The notes under the pieces: generated by a model
Database searches by the model: none
What the model was told of the DNA's origin: nothing
The model's input: only the letters and a program-made list of their open reading frames with translations
Program-made: the position numbers and the translations under genes
IMG/VR virus record: IMGVR_UViG_3300044637_001924
Strand: one strand, 5' to 3'
DNA length: 64,000 bases
Origin: an uncultured virus (IMG/VR IMGVR_UViG_3300044637_001924)
Lineage: Duplodnaviria; Heunggongvirae; Uroviricota; Caudoviricetes
In this document: one piece after another, positions 54,875 to 64,000 of the stretch
Position numbering within the stretch: the first letter of the stretch is position 1
How the letters are laid out: every line of letters starts with the position of its first letter

Positions 54875-54982
54875 TACTTGCCTTCTTTCACGTCCAGGTC
54901 TAAACTGCCTGGAGATACAAACATGCTGAACACTGTATCCAGCATGTTTATTTAACGGTGATAATTTTAAGGGTGCAAGTTT

Positions 54983-55561
54983 TTAGGCGGTAGTTTTTTG
55001 ACTGATCTGGTAACCAAAATTGTCTAGGATACTCAATAAGTCTTTTACAGCCTCTATGTTTTGTTCTCTAGCTGTAGAGGGCAATTGTTCCCAAGGTTGT
55101 ATAAGTGGGTGTGTTTTCTGGGCTGTGCTCATTTTGATACCAAATTTCCATCCCTTGTCAACTGCTTCTTTCATCCAGCGAGTGTGCTGGTGTTTTGCCC
55201 AAAGATTTAAGATTTCGTCAATAGCAGTGTCTTGTATGCGTGTAGCTCCAGGAGAGGCTGTAACAGTATTTTGGCTACTGTCAATGAGGAAGTCGCCTTT
55301 GGGGAAAGTTTTGTTCCATTCTTGAACCAGGAAGTACAATTCACTATCAGTTATGTCGCGAACCAAAGGAATTGTATAACAAAATTTGCCTGAACGGGTT
55401 TTTTTGGCATAAAAATTACTTTCTCGTGTGATATCGTGACTGTATAAAGTGGTCTTTCCAATAAGACCACTAGGTAGTTGTGTTTCAACACAGGTAAACC
55501 ACTGCAATACAACAGATTTAGACAGTTTTTGTGGCACAATCAACGATATATAATTACTCAT
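54983..55561 (-). CDS. RyR-domain protein
   Basis: AKHQHTRW......GWKFG......KTHPLIQPWEQLP; ATAAATA at 55567-55573. Confidence 0.75.
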   Translation of the reverse strand: MSNYISLIVPQKLSKSVVLQWFTCVETQLPSGLIGKTTLYSHDITRESNFYAKKTRSGKFCYTIPLVRDITDSELYFLVQEWNKTFPKGDFLIDSSQNTVTASPGATRIQDTAIDEILNLWAKHQHTRWMKEAVDKGWKFGIKMSTAQKTHPLIQPWEQLPSTAREQNIEAVKDLLSILDNFGYQISQKTTA

Positions 55562-55589
55562 GCAGCTATTTATTCAAATTGGTTTGAGG

Positions 55590-55913
55590 TCACAAATAGC
55601 ATGCATCCATACACAACTGAACTCCTGCAATTTTGTCACTACCCAACATCAAACTGTTGCGTAGAGTCATCACGCATATGCTTTGTTTTTCAACCATAAG
55701 TCGGTTATAGAGATCTACAAATTTACCGTGCAAATTGTTGTCACCCCCATTCCATACAAACTGGTCTTGATTCACCAACATTGTGATAGGTTCCTGGTCA
55801 ATATTGAACACATAATGCCTACCTGTGGCATCAATAAGATGCAGGCACCAACAAATAACAGGCTCCACTACTGGTTCTTCAAGAGCTTCTTCCAGAGCGA
55901 CGGTTGTATCCAT
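55590..55913 (-). CDS. Hypothetical protein
   Basis: AAGGAG RBS; TAAATA 55940-55945. Confidence 0.6.
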   Translation of the reverse strand: MDTTVALEEALEEPVVEPVICWCLHLIDATGRHYVFNIDQEPITMLVNQDQFVWNGGDNNLHGKFVDLYNRLMVEKQSICVMTLRNSLMLGSDKIAGVQLCMDACYL

Positions 55914-55942
55914 ATAATTTACTCCTTGAGGTTTTTGGTTAT

Positions 55943-56872
55943 TTAGAGTGTGATTTTTTTGGTTTCAATCTTTTTGATTATTTTGTCCACAGACTCGTCA
56001 TCCGCTGTGAGCAGCTCAAAATCATAATATTGTGGTGGCTCAAGCTCAGCTTCATCACCGCTGCGCATCCACACCAACACATCAGGATTGATGACTTGCC
56101 GTTGATCGTCAAGAGGACATGCATGATCTAAAATCACACAACTGCTTCGATCGTTACGTGCCATAGTTAGCATGCGATAGCTTTGTCTCATTCTGCCATC
56201 AATGCTAAAATCAATGTCTTTGTCACGCACTCTCACGTCCCAACTGCGCATCAAAGCACTGCTTGGCAATTTCTCATGCAGCTTTCGAGACATCTCTGCA
56301 CGATTGCTGCCAGGTGCACCCATCACCAACACTCTAAACTTGCGATCAGTACACAGACGATAATACTGCACCATACCCTGATCAAGGCTGTGAAATACCC
56401 ACGGCCTGAAAAACACACCTTGGCTGGGTTCCAACAAAATGTTGGTGTGCAAATTCCACTCAAACAAATTCATGTAGTTGAAGTTGTAGCCGTCAAGTGC
56501 TGTTTCTGCATCAACTTCGCCAGAGGAGTTAATATGATGATAGAGGTTGAGAGTTGTTCTCTCCAGTGCACAGACAAAGGCCCACTCATTGGGTGAGTCA
56601 AACTCTTCAAAATGAATCACGTTGTTCAAGGGACGGCGAAACACTCCGCTGCGCTTGTGATCAATAACCACACGCTCGCCCAATACCTTGCTCATTACCG
56701 GCTCAAGTCGATCCAGCACCATGTTGAAGTTTTCCAACTCCATTCCATAACTGTTGGGCGTGAATCTCAGCCCCTGCACCACTTGTGCGGCTCGTTGTGC
56801 ATCCTGTGGATTTAAAAAATTGTCAGCATGGATCAATTTCACCATGCCTCTCACCATTGGTGTGCTAGTCAT
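55943..56872 (-). CDS. Fusion of a 2OG-Fe(II) oxygenase-like N-domain and a degenerate APS-kinase-like C-domain
   Basis: ADNFLNP, IHFE, FRPWVFHS; then LVMGAPGS, D.DFS.DGRMRQ..RM, D.ACP. Confidence 0.6.
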   Translation of the reverse strand: MTSTPMVRGMVKLIHADNFLNPQDAQRAAQVVQGLRFTPNSYGMELENFNMVLDRLEPVMSKVLGERVVIDHKRSGVFRRPLNNVIHFEEFDSPNEWAFVCALERTTLNLYHHINSSGEVDAETALDGYNFNYMNLFEWNLHTNILLEPSQGVFFRPWVFHSLDQGMVQYYRLCTDRKFRVLVMGAPGSNRAEMSRKLHEKLPSSALMRSWDVRVRDKDIDFSIDGRMRQSYRMLTMARNDRSSCVILDHACPLDDQRQVINPDVLVWMRSGDEAELEPPQYYDFELLTADDESVDKIIKKIETKKITL

Positions 56873-57650
56873 TCAAAAGTCTCCAAATCTCACTGGCTGT
56901 ATCTAGGAACAAGGCACTCAAAATATGTGAGGGGTCAGCTACCACCAGTGGAGCGCCTTCATCTCCTTGCCATCGCAACTCAGCATTCAAGGGCAAACTG
57001 CACAAAATTTTGGTATCAAATTCTTGGCACAACGTGGCTGCACCAGAGTGACCAAAAACATGATTAGTATGTCCGCAATTCTCACAAACATGTGTGCTCA
57101 TGTTTTCCACGACGCCCAACAACCGTAATCCTCTGTTTTGATACATTTGCATGCCTCGTCTTGTATCAGCAACAGCCACCCGTTGCGGGGTTGTCACAGT
57201 CACTACTCCTGCAGAGGGTAATTTGTCACAAATGCTGGTGTGAACATCTCCAGTGCCTGGAGGCATGTCCACTACTAAACAGTCTAGTTCTCCCCAATCA
57301 GTGTGGCACAACAAATTGATTACACCCATACTCATCATTGGACCTCGCCAACTAACAGCTTGACTTTCACTTATTCTCGTGGCCAACGTGGTTATTTTTA
57401 CACCATATTGAACAAAAGGCAAGCTCAGCTGGGGGTCAGTGCTGACTTTTACACTGGTGTTTTCTGGTAATGCCCACATCACTGCTTGACTGGGACCAGA
57501 AATATCAGCATCCAATAGTCCTATACGCAAGCCTTGATGAGCTAAGCTGGCTGCCAAGTTTGCAGCTACAGTGCTTTTGCCTACACCGCCTTTGCCACTG
57601 CTGACCAGCAAATGGTGCTTCACACCTGTCAATCCACTTGACCCTGTCAT
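56865..57650 (-). CDS. mrp: Mrp/ApbC/NBP35 Fe-S cluster carrier ATPase
   Basis: SGKGGVGKST, DADISGPS, WRGPM, WGELDCLVVDMPPGTGD, VTTPQ, ENMS..CENC. Confidence 0.93.
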   Translation of the reverse strand: MTGSSGLTGVKHHLLVSSGKGGVGKSTVAANLAASLAHQGLRIGLLDADISGPSQAVMWALPENTSVKVSTDPQLSLPFVQYGVKITTLATRISESQAVSWRGPMMSMGVINLLCHTDWGELDCLVVDMPPGTGDVHTSICDKLPSAGVVTVTTPQRVAVADTRRGMQMYQNRGLRLLGVVENMSTHVCENCGHTNHVFGHSGAATLCQEFDTKILCSLPLNAELRWQGDEGAPLVVADPSHILSALFLDTASEIWRLLND

Positions 57651-58579
57651 CAGTTTTTAAACACTTCAAAATTTACAATTTGTGCGATTTCGTCAATTTG
57701 TTTGTTGCTGAACCGCATTATGCCATCATTCATCCGGTCCGCAAATTCACAATCTGTGCCAGTAAGTCTGATAGGGCTATATACTGGCTTTTGCCCATTA
57801 CGGTAGATTTTGAAATGGTTGGGATAGCTGACATTGATTTCATCTGTACTGCCCATCATCACCAAACCAGGCTTCGCCATAGAGCGCGCCATGTGTTGCC
57901 CTACGCTGTCGCACCCAACAAAATAGTCACACTCTGCTATAAAACTCAAATACATTCTGAGATCTGGATTCATGGTGTCAAGATCAATACTGGTTTTGTC
58001 TCCAGGGTGCTTAAGCTCACGCAAGCCAAAATACACTACCAAAATGTCTTTGTTGAATTTTTGAACCAGGCTGAGATAGTCATCAGGATCCATGCTGCGA
58101 TGGCTGCTGTCATAGGGTTTTCCATTCATCATGCCAATGCCGCTGCCGTAGGGTTGGATTACAACAAGTCGACGTTTGTTGGTTTCGGCTAGCTTTTCCT
58201 TGATAAGTCGTCTCACAGTGTCTCTTTCCAGATTGCTGATGTAGAGATGTGGATGTTCCAAATCACAGTGATCATCAGTTTTGTTGATTTCCTCATCAAA
58301 GGCCTCAGCTAAGCTCAAACGCTGATTGTAGTAGCCGTGAATATAATAAGGCTCTGGACACACCACACGATTGTTTCGGATGAACAAGTCAAACGCACCT
58401 TTTTGGCTAATACTAAAACTGCGATTTTGCAGTAATGGGTGGCTCCAGAACAGCAACTCCCAGCCATGTATCAGCACCTTGAAGTCGTCTGTTGGGTTCA
58501 ATCGTGCATATTTCTCCAGTGCTGGTATGGCTGCAATCACACGGCCGGCGCCACCGTTAATGATGAATGTCGTGTTCAT
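57650..58579 (-). CDS. GT9-like glycosyltransferase (paralogue of 3193-4125)
   Basis: GGAGRVIAAIPAL, PEPY, SLAEAFD.EIN, DYFVGCDSVGQHMAR, YSPIR. Confidence 0.75.
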   Translation of the reverse strand: MNTTFIINGGAGRVIAAIPALEKYARLNPTDDFKVLIHGWELLFWSHPLLQNRSFSISQKGAFDLFIRNNRVVCPEPYYIHGYYNQRLSLAEAFDEEINKTDDHCDLEHPHLYISNLERDTVRRLIKEKLAETNKRRLVVIQPYGSGIGMMNGKPYDSSHRSMDPDDYLSLVQKFNKDILVVYFGLRELKHPGDKTSIDLDTMNPDLRMYLSFIAECDYFVGCDSVGQHMARSMAKPGLVMMGSTDEINVSYPNHFKIYRNGQKPVYSPIRLTGTDCEFADRMNDGIMRFSNKQIDEIAQIVNFEVFKN

Positions 58580-59222
58580 TGAGGATCCTTTTGTTGGGTT
58601 TGGTGAGCAATCGCCACCAGCTGTTTTTGTGAACTCTTGGTGTGGTAACGTGGGAAGGGATGAGCCCTTGTGCTTGTGTTTCAAATCCTGTTTTCTCCAA
58701 AACTGTAGTGGTGGGAACCCCATCATCATAAAAACTTGTTTGATTGGGAATGGCTTTAGTGATGTTTTCCACCACAAAAATTGTTCCCCCTGGCTGCAAA
58801 AGGTGCCACAGAAGGGGAATTTCCTGCTCTATATAAGGACTATGTTGCAAAACCCAAACACACATCACATGAGTGAAAGTTCCTGATTTCAACAAGCCAG
58901 GCGCATCACTCAATGCCACAGAAGAGAAGTTTTTGTGATTCACATAATCATTTGCCAATTCCAGCATCTCTGGTTGCAGATCCACACCCACTACACTACA
59001 GCTATGCGCTTGAATCAATGCCTGGCTTAATCGACCCACACCACACCCCCAATCCAGCACTCTACTGTTTTCATCAACAGGGGAGAATGTGGTCAACATA
59101 TTGAGTGCCCATTGGGTTTCTTTTTCCCATCTGCCAGCAGTGGTGCCACCTTCAGGAGTTAAGATCAAGCTTTGTGCATGTTCAAAACTTTCGGGTTTGA
59201 AAAAATCAGGATTGTAGCTCAT
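58557..59222 (-). CDS. Class I SAM-dependent methyltransferase
   Basis: VLDWGCGVGR, GVD, WVLQH, LQPGG. Confidence 0.88.
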   Translation of the reverse strand: MSYNPDFFKPESFEHAQSLILTPEGGTTAGRWEKETQWALNMLTTFSPVDENSRVLDWGCGVGRLSQALIQAHSCSVVGVDLQPEMLELANDYVNHKNFSSVALSDAPGLLKSGTFTHVMCVWVLQHSPYIEQEIPLLWHLLQPGGTIFVVENITKAIPNQTSFYDDGVPTTTVLEKTGFETQAQGLIPSHVTTPRVHKNSWWRLLTKPNKRILNEHDIHH

Positions 59223-59583
59223 GGTACTTTCGCAATTCCCAGGTGGTGTCTAAGTCTTTGGCCCATTTTGCCAAGTTTTGATAGCTGCTGAGAGGCACTT
59301 GCGGCCAAACTTCTGTCGCATGCAACCTTTGTGTTTTGTCTGCCATTCTTTCAACAGTGACCAAGAGCCCGCACTCACTGGGACGCATGCTGTCGTCCAA
59401 CAGCCCTTGTAGCCAAAGGCATTGAAACCGAGTGCAGAATTCAGGTTTAGTGATGTAAATGGTGCAACCTGTGGTGTGCAAAAATCTGCAGGGGGTGCCG
59501 CGAGTTTGAATGTTTCCATAGGCATTGCCATAGAGATGGCCTTCACAACAGGCAGTGCAACTCCCGCAACTTCTATTGGGCAT
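59206..59583 (-). CDS. YkgJ-like CxxCxxCC metal/Fe-S protein
   Basis: CGSCTACC, CRFL..GCTIY..KP..C..FQC. Confidence 0.8.
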   Translation of the reverse strand: MPNRSCGSCTACCEGHLYGNAYGNIQTRGTPCRFLHTTGCTIYITKPEFCTRFQCLWLQGLLDDSMRPSECGLLVTVERMADKTQRLHATEVWPQVPLSSYQNLAKWAKDLDTTWELRKYHELQS

Positions 59584-60388
59584 AATTTTGCCACCACTGT
59601 TTCCAGTCTAAGAATGGATCCATTTGCGCATCAAATTGCATGTGCAGAGCCAAGCTGGGAATAGGATTGAATCTAATGGCTGGTCCGTTCCGCCAAATAT
59701 TCCAGATAGTGTTGTCTTCTGTGTAGCGAAACTCATTTTCCTTGCCCTTGCGCAAATACATGCCGCTGTAGTTCAAACTCAAGGCCTCAAACAAACCCCA
59801 ATTTTGTTCTATCAAGCTTGGCACAGTCAACATCACAAAAGTTGTGTAGATGCCGCTTCTCCAGTGGCGAGCTGTGCCATGCACTAGCCAACAGGGTGGG
59901 GTAGGTGGATCATAGCATTCAGGCGCGTCGAATGGATATAATACTATCTGATCATTGTTCAATTTTTGTTTGAAGAGGAAATAGCTGTCCACCATCTCTT
60001 GTAGAGAGGATGGCGCATGTAAGTAGTCATCTTCCACACAATACACTAAGTCACTACTGCTGTTTTTGGCACGCAAAAACACCTCATGTCCTGAGTTTTG
60101 ATAGCCTTGCGTTTCCAATTGAACCAGTTCAAAATTTGGTAAGAGAGATCCCTTTTCCTTAAGAAATTCCACTAACGCCGGGCTGCTGCTGTCGTCCAAC
60201 ACAGTGAGTTTTACGTGAAACCAAGTGCAGTGTAGGATGGCAGCCACAAGGCTGTTGAAACAGCCCTTTACCAAGTCAATTTTTTCCATGTCACAATAGC
60301 GCACCCGCCAATCATTGTGTACATTGGCTCGATCACAAGTGCGCAAAATCACATGCAACTCAAGAGGATTGGTATTTTGAATACTCAT
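59573..60388 (-). CDS. GT-A fold glycosyltransferase
   Basis: VLDDSS, VYCVEDDYLH, PSLALHM. Confidence 0.7.
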   Translation of the reverse strand: MSIQNTNPLELHVILRTCDRANVHNDWRVRYCDMEKIDLVKGCFNSLVAAILHCTWFHVKLTVLDDSSSPALVEFLKEKGSLLPNFELVQLETQGYQNSGHEVFLRAKNSSSDLVYCVEDDYLHAPSSLQEMVDSYFLFKQKLNNDQIVLYPFDAPECYDPPTPPCWLVHGTARHWRSGIYTTFVMLTVPSLIEQNWGLFEALSLNYSGMYLRKGKENEFRYTEDNTIWNIWRNGPAIRFNPIPSLALHMQFDAQMDPFLDWKQWWQNYAQ

Positions 60389-60390
60389 GC

Positions 60391-61170
60391 TCAATATCTC
60401 CAAACTTCCATATTGGAGTATTGGCTTAAGATATCTGGAGGCAAAATAGTTTCTCTAGGCCGCCATTCTACTCTGCTGTGTATTTTATGTAATTGCATAC
60501 CAATCTCTGCATCATACTCGTCCCAACTGGCCTCTACCGCGTCAAAATCATGAGGGTAGTAGGGTTCTCCGATGAAATTATACACTGCCTGGAGCACGCC
60601 TTGGGGATTTCGACACAACTGTTCGTATTCGATCAACATCAACATATGTTTTTCTGCACTAGTAATAGCTTGTTTCACTCCAGTATAGGCAAATTCCACT
60701 ATGCCATTCTTCTCCATCAACAAGTTCATCCGATCATACACACTGTCGCCAATCCCACCAAAAATGGTGTTTTTGTCAAAAGGGTGTCGTCGATGTGCAG
60801 TTTCAAAACTGTCCAAAACCCATTTGAGGTCACGCACACAAACCAACACTCGTGAGCTGGGATAAACCTCCTGGATTTGTGGCAAGAGTCGGGTCCAGGC
60901 TCGGTTGGTGTTCCAACAAATACTTTTGTCTACATCTTGGTAGTAGCCGTCAAACAATGCTCGCACAAGATTTTTTCTGCGACTCACTGGTACTTCTGTT
61001 CGCATACCAGGACTGTCTACACTAGTTTCAATCACTCCTCGAACCATAGTGGCCAGTGGATCAGTAATGCTGGCATGCATCACTGGATTCTGCCGCAAAA
61101 TGCTGCTTAGCAAGGTGCTTCCGCTCCGTGGTAGCCCGCTTATCATGTGATAGTGTTTTTCAGTTGTCAT
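60391..61170 (-). CDS. Sulfotransferase
   Basis: PAPS-binding SGLPRSGSTLL, VRD..VLDS, IEYEQL..NP. Confidence 0.88.
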   Translation of the reverse strand: MTTEKHYHMISGLPRSGSTLLSSILRQNPVMHASITDPLATMVRGVIETSVDSPGMRTEVPVSRRKNLVRALFDGYYQDVDKSICWNTNRAWTRLLPQIQEVYPSSRVLVCVRDLKWVLDSFETAHRRHPFDKNTIFGGIGDSVYDRMNLLMEKNGIVEFAYTGVKQAITSAEKHMLMLIEYEQLCRNPQGVLQAVYNFIGEPYYPHDFDAVEASWDEYDAEIGMQLHKIHSRVEWRPRETILPPDILSQYSNMEVWRY

Positions 61171-62515
61171 TTTGTTGTTTTTCTCGTAGAGTTGTTTTAA
61201 TAATTTCACCTGCTCTCTGCAATGGTGTAGACCAACACCCTGGAGTCTGTTGCTTCAGTACACGTAAGCTTTTTGAATACCATGGCGTGCTCTCGTCAGT
61301 ATGTGTGCTGGTCCAAACATAATATTCCAAAATAGGCACACACACAATCCCAGGCACTCCCATACTGGCGGCTGCATGTATTATACTAGTACAACTGCTG
61401 AGCACAATATCCATTTGACTGAGATAGTCCAGTGTGTCGTCCCAGGAGTTGATCCTGGCTCGAAGATTATGGCATCTCTCGTGCGTGTGCTGTAGATCAA
61501 AATTGTAGATTTCAACATCCGAGGGTATCACACTCAGCATCTGCTCCAAAGGAATACAGCGATAAATGTCCTGCTCAAAATAAGGGTTGCCTTGACATTT
61601 TACCCCAACACGTAGTTTTTTTGACGCAGGCAGTTTGGTATGAGGTTGGCCAGACGCTGTGAGATAAGGCCCTTTCCAAAGGTCTTGTTCGCCAACACCC
61701 AAATCAATAGGCAAGTTCATGAGATAAGTCCAGGGCTGATGAACATCAATCTCCTCCTCATTCACCAACACTTCAAATCCATGTCGGCGGAACACTTGGG
61801 CTAATCCAGGGCGGTCTAATATGCTGAAAAGTTTTGGTTGCATACCCAAGTTTTTGAGATGGTTGAAGAACCTGATGTTGATGAGCTCGTCACCAGCTCC
61901 TCCGCAGGCATTCACATAGAGAGTTTGGCCTGGCACCTTCACTCCATTCCAAATTCTCATTCCTTTGATGTCAAAAACAGTTGTGCGATCTCTGTCCGTG
62001 TGTAGGAACCACCGAATTCCTTCAGCAGTTTGTCCAGCTCGGAGCAGTGGATGAGTGTCAGTTATGCGCAGATTCTCGCACTGGTCAGCTGTGACCCAAG
62101 GCTGACACTTCAAATCATTTATTACTCTTTCGCTCTCGCCACGCTCACCATTTAACTTCAAACTGGCAGCATAACTCACTATAGCGTCAAAGTCATTTGG
62201 GCGCATTTCCAAATTTATCTTATTGTAAAATAATGCTTTTTCTGGCTGATTTGCACGATAATAGGCTTTGCCTAAGTTCACTCTTGCTACATAAGATTCT
62301 TCAGGTGTAGTGCACATACCTGCAACAGTTTCAGCACACTTGACAGCCAAGTCTGTATGACCAATCTTTAGGCTCACTGTGCCCAAAGTTTCCAGCTCTA
62401 GCAGTGTTTGCGCTCTGGGCCAATAATGGTCCAAGAGTTGAAATGCCAGTGGATGATTTTCCTGTTTGGCCAACTCCAGTGCTGTGGTTTTCACATGCTC
62501 AAATGTTGAGCTCAT
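61160..62515 (-). CDS. TPR plus GT9-like glycosyltransferase
   Basis: N-terminal TPR helices; GGAGDE..IRF, GNP, DIVLSSCTSIIHAA, TPWY. Confidence 0.75.
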   Translation of the reverse strand: MSSTFEHVKTTALELAKQENHPLAFQLLDHYWPRAQTLLELETLGTVSLKIGHTDLAVKCAETVAGMCTTPEESYVARVNLGKAYYRANQPEKALFYNKINLEMRPNDFDAIVSYAASLKLNGERGESERVINDLKCQPWVTADQCENLRITDTHPLLRAGQTAEGIRWFLHTDRDRTTVFDIKGMRIWNGVKVPGQTLYVNACGGAGDELINIRFFNHLKNLGMQPKLFSILDRPGLAQVFRRHGFEVLVNEEEIDVHQPWTYLMNLPIDLGVGEQDLWKGPYLTASGQPHTKLPASKKLRVGVKCQGNPYFEQDIYRCIPLEQMLSVIPSDVEIYNFDLQHTHERCHNLRARINSWDDTLDYLSQMDIVLSSCTSIIHAAASMGVPGIVCVPILEYYVWTSTHTDESTPWYSKSLRVLKQQTPGCWSTPLQRAGEIIKTTLREKQQNDN

Positions 62516-62518
62516 GGG

Positions 62519-63061
62519 TTACTTTACTACCACTAACTGAATGTAGACTTCGTCGATTATGTTACAGTGCTGTTCAAGATACTGCTCTACCTGTTCTTTA
62601 GGTTGCCCCACAAATTGATCTTTGTATTTTTCCATGGGTCGCAAGCTGTAGTCCACCACCTCAAAATCCACATTGTAGCGTTCGGCAAGCCTACTGGCAT
62701 GTGCACCTTGCTTGCGTGCCAATTGGTTGTATTTGCAGCCAAACAAGCGCAAGCCATCTACAGTGACTGGGCGTTTGTGCGTGGGGTCGCTGAAGAAGTC
62801 ATCACTGCGGTGATGAGGTACATGAATATGTACTCTTGCCCCAGGTTTGCACACTCGATAAATTTCCTGCAGACAGTGAAAATACCCCTCGCCCAAGTGC
62901 TCTAACACATGAGTGGCTCTCAACACATCTACACTGTTGGTGGGAAATGGGAAAATGTCTTTTTCAAGGTCAAAACAAAAATCAGGATTGCAGTTGGGAT
63001 CGTAGTCACAGTGCACATATCCATCAATCCTGTCTTCACCTGCGCCAATATAGATTTTCAT
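62519..63061 (-). CDS. SAM-dependent methyltransferase (type 11)
   Basis: IGAG, HVLEHL, EIYRVCKPG..VPH, DPTH. Confidence 0.85.
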   Translation of the reverse strand: MKIYIGAGEDRIDGYVHCDYDPNCNPDFCFDLEKDIFPFPTNSVDVLRATHVLEHLGEGYFHCLQEIYRVCKPGARVHIHVPHHRSDDFFSDPTHKRPVTVDGLRLFGCKYNQLARKQGAHASRLAERYNVDFEVVDYSLRPMEKYKDQFVGQPKEQVEQYLEQHCNIIDEVYIQLVVVK

Positions 63062-64000
63062 TGTGATTTCTCCAAAAGCTGTCCATTCAACATCAGTGCG
63101 GCAACGCTGTCATTGGTTTCAAAAAATCTCAAACTCTGTTCAGGAGTTTCCATAATGGGCTCTCCAGCGCCATTCAAGCTGGTGTTGCACAGCACAGGAA
63201 CGCCTGTCAATTGATGGTAACAAGTGAGCAGTTGGTGCAACTGGGGATTTTGTTCAGCTGTAACAGTTTGCGGGCGTGCACTGTTGTCCACATGACACAC
63301 TGCTGGAATCAGTTGCGGCTTCAGCACTTGTGCAGTGTAAAGCATGTAGGGGCTCGAGGGTATTGGCAAGGAGAACCAATCGTGGGCGTGTTCCTGCAAC
63401 ACCACAGGCGCAATAGGTCGAAACCATTCTCTGTTTTTCACTGCGAAATTTATTTTCTCACGCATGTGATAGCTTTGTGCATCAGCCAAAAGACTTCTGT
63501 GGCCCAGTGCTCGAGGCCCATATTCGCTTCTGCCCCAGTGCCAGGCCACTATAGCTCCTTGAGCCAGTAGCTCACAAACTCTAGTGTAGTCCACAATGGA
63601 GGTAGTGTTTTGAGAAGGTCCCAAATAACATAAATTCTGCGGTTGATAATTTTGCCTTGGTAAGTCAAACAAATGGTGCGCTACCCAAAGAGCGGCGCCC
63701 ACCGCATTGCCGTCATCGCCACATGCAGGAAAGTGATGAATGCCCTCCCAAAGCTTGCTTTCAGCTATCCGGCTGTTCAAGATGCAGTTCAGCATGCTGC
63801 CACCACTGAGGCATAACTGTCGTTGCGGATAAATTTGGTGCAGTGTAGCTAGTGTTTCCAGAACACTCTTCTCCAGTAGCTCTTGAATAGTAGCAGCCAA
63901 ATCACTGCTTTCCTTGTGTGTGAGCTCATGTGGGTGCTTGGCAATGAGTTTTTCCCACACATTGCTCCAGAACTTCCTGTATTCCAACTCAGCGTGTTCT
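63058..64000 (-). CDS. Carbamoyltransferase, NodU/CmcH family (5'-truncated by window edge)
   Basis: SGGSMLNC..N, GDDGNAVG, EYGPRALGHRS, KNREWFRP.AP, HVDNSAR, NTSLN. Confidence 0.92.
   Translation of the reverse strand, partial: EHAELEYRKFWSNVWEKLIAKHPHELTHKESSDLAATIQELLEKSVLETLATLHQIYPQRQLCLSGGSMLNCILNSRIAESKLWEGIHHFPACGDDGNAVGAALWVAHHLFDLPRQNYQPQNLCYLGPSQNTTSIVDYTRVCELLAQGAIVAWHWGRSEYGPRALGHRSLLADAQSYHMREKINFAVKNREWFRPIAPVVLQEHAHDWFSLPIPSSPYMLYTAQVLKPQLIPAVCHVDNSARPQTVTAEQNPQLHQLLTCYHQLTGVPVLCNTSLNGAGEPIMETPEQSLRFFETNDSVAALMLNGQLLEKSQ

Noticed and set aside
1..64000. Bacterial chromosome or eukaryotic giant-virus origin
   Set aside because: T4-type polymerase, clamp and RNase H, TATAAATA motifs, Shine-Dalgarno sites and tight gene packing fit a large tailed phage.

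Overview
This 64-kb window comes from a large T4-like (myovirus-type) phage genome. It is densely coding and mostly on the minus strand, with TATAAATA/TAAATA late-promoter motifs and several sigma70-like early promoters. Replication and repair genes include a family-B DNA polymerase, a sliding clamp, an RNase H/5'-3' exonuclease, an ATP-dependent ligase and UvsE. Accessory content: (i) a 7-deazaguanine DNA-modification locus (queE, folE, dpdA-like, dpdL-like) with a GT4 glycosyltransferase between dpdL and dpdA; (ii) three adjacent multi-domain polyproteins (32.5-40.2 kb) whose GNAT, ADP-ribosyltransferase-like, deaminase, HsdS-like and ParB-like modules are separated by short 'hydrophobic-x-E' motifs resembling prohead-protease sites; (iii) stand-alone fragments resembling major capsid and portal protein C-termini inside the replication cluster; (iv) paralogous glycan-modification islands at both ends of the window; (v) host-type modules (PlcP-like/Agt-like pair, DUF350-DUF1190-Gsp, AdoMetDC, sirtuin, HD alarmone hydrolase, Mrp). 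No tRNA, rRNA or CRISPR array was seen. All calls come from motif recognition by eye, and no database search was run.
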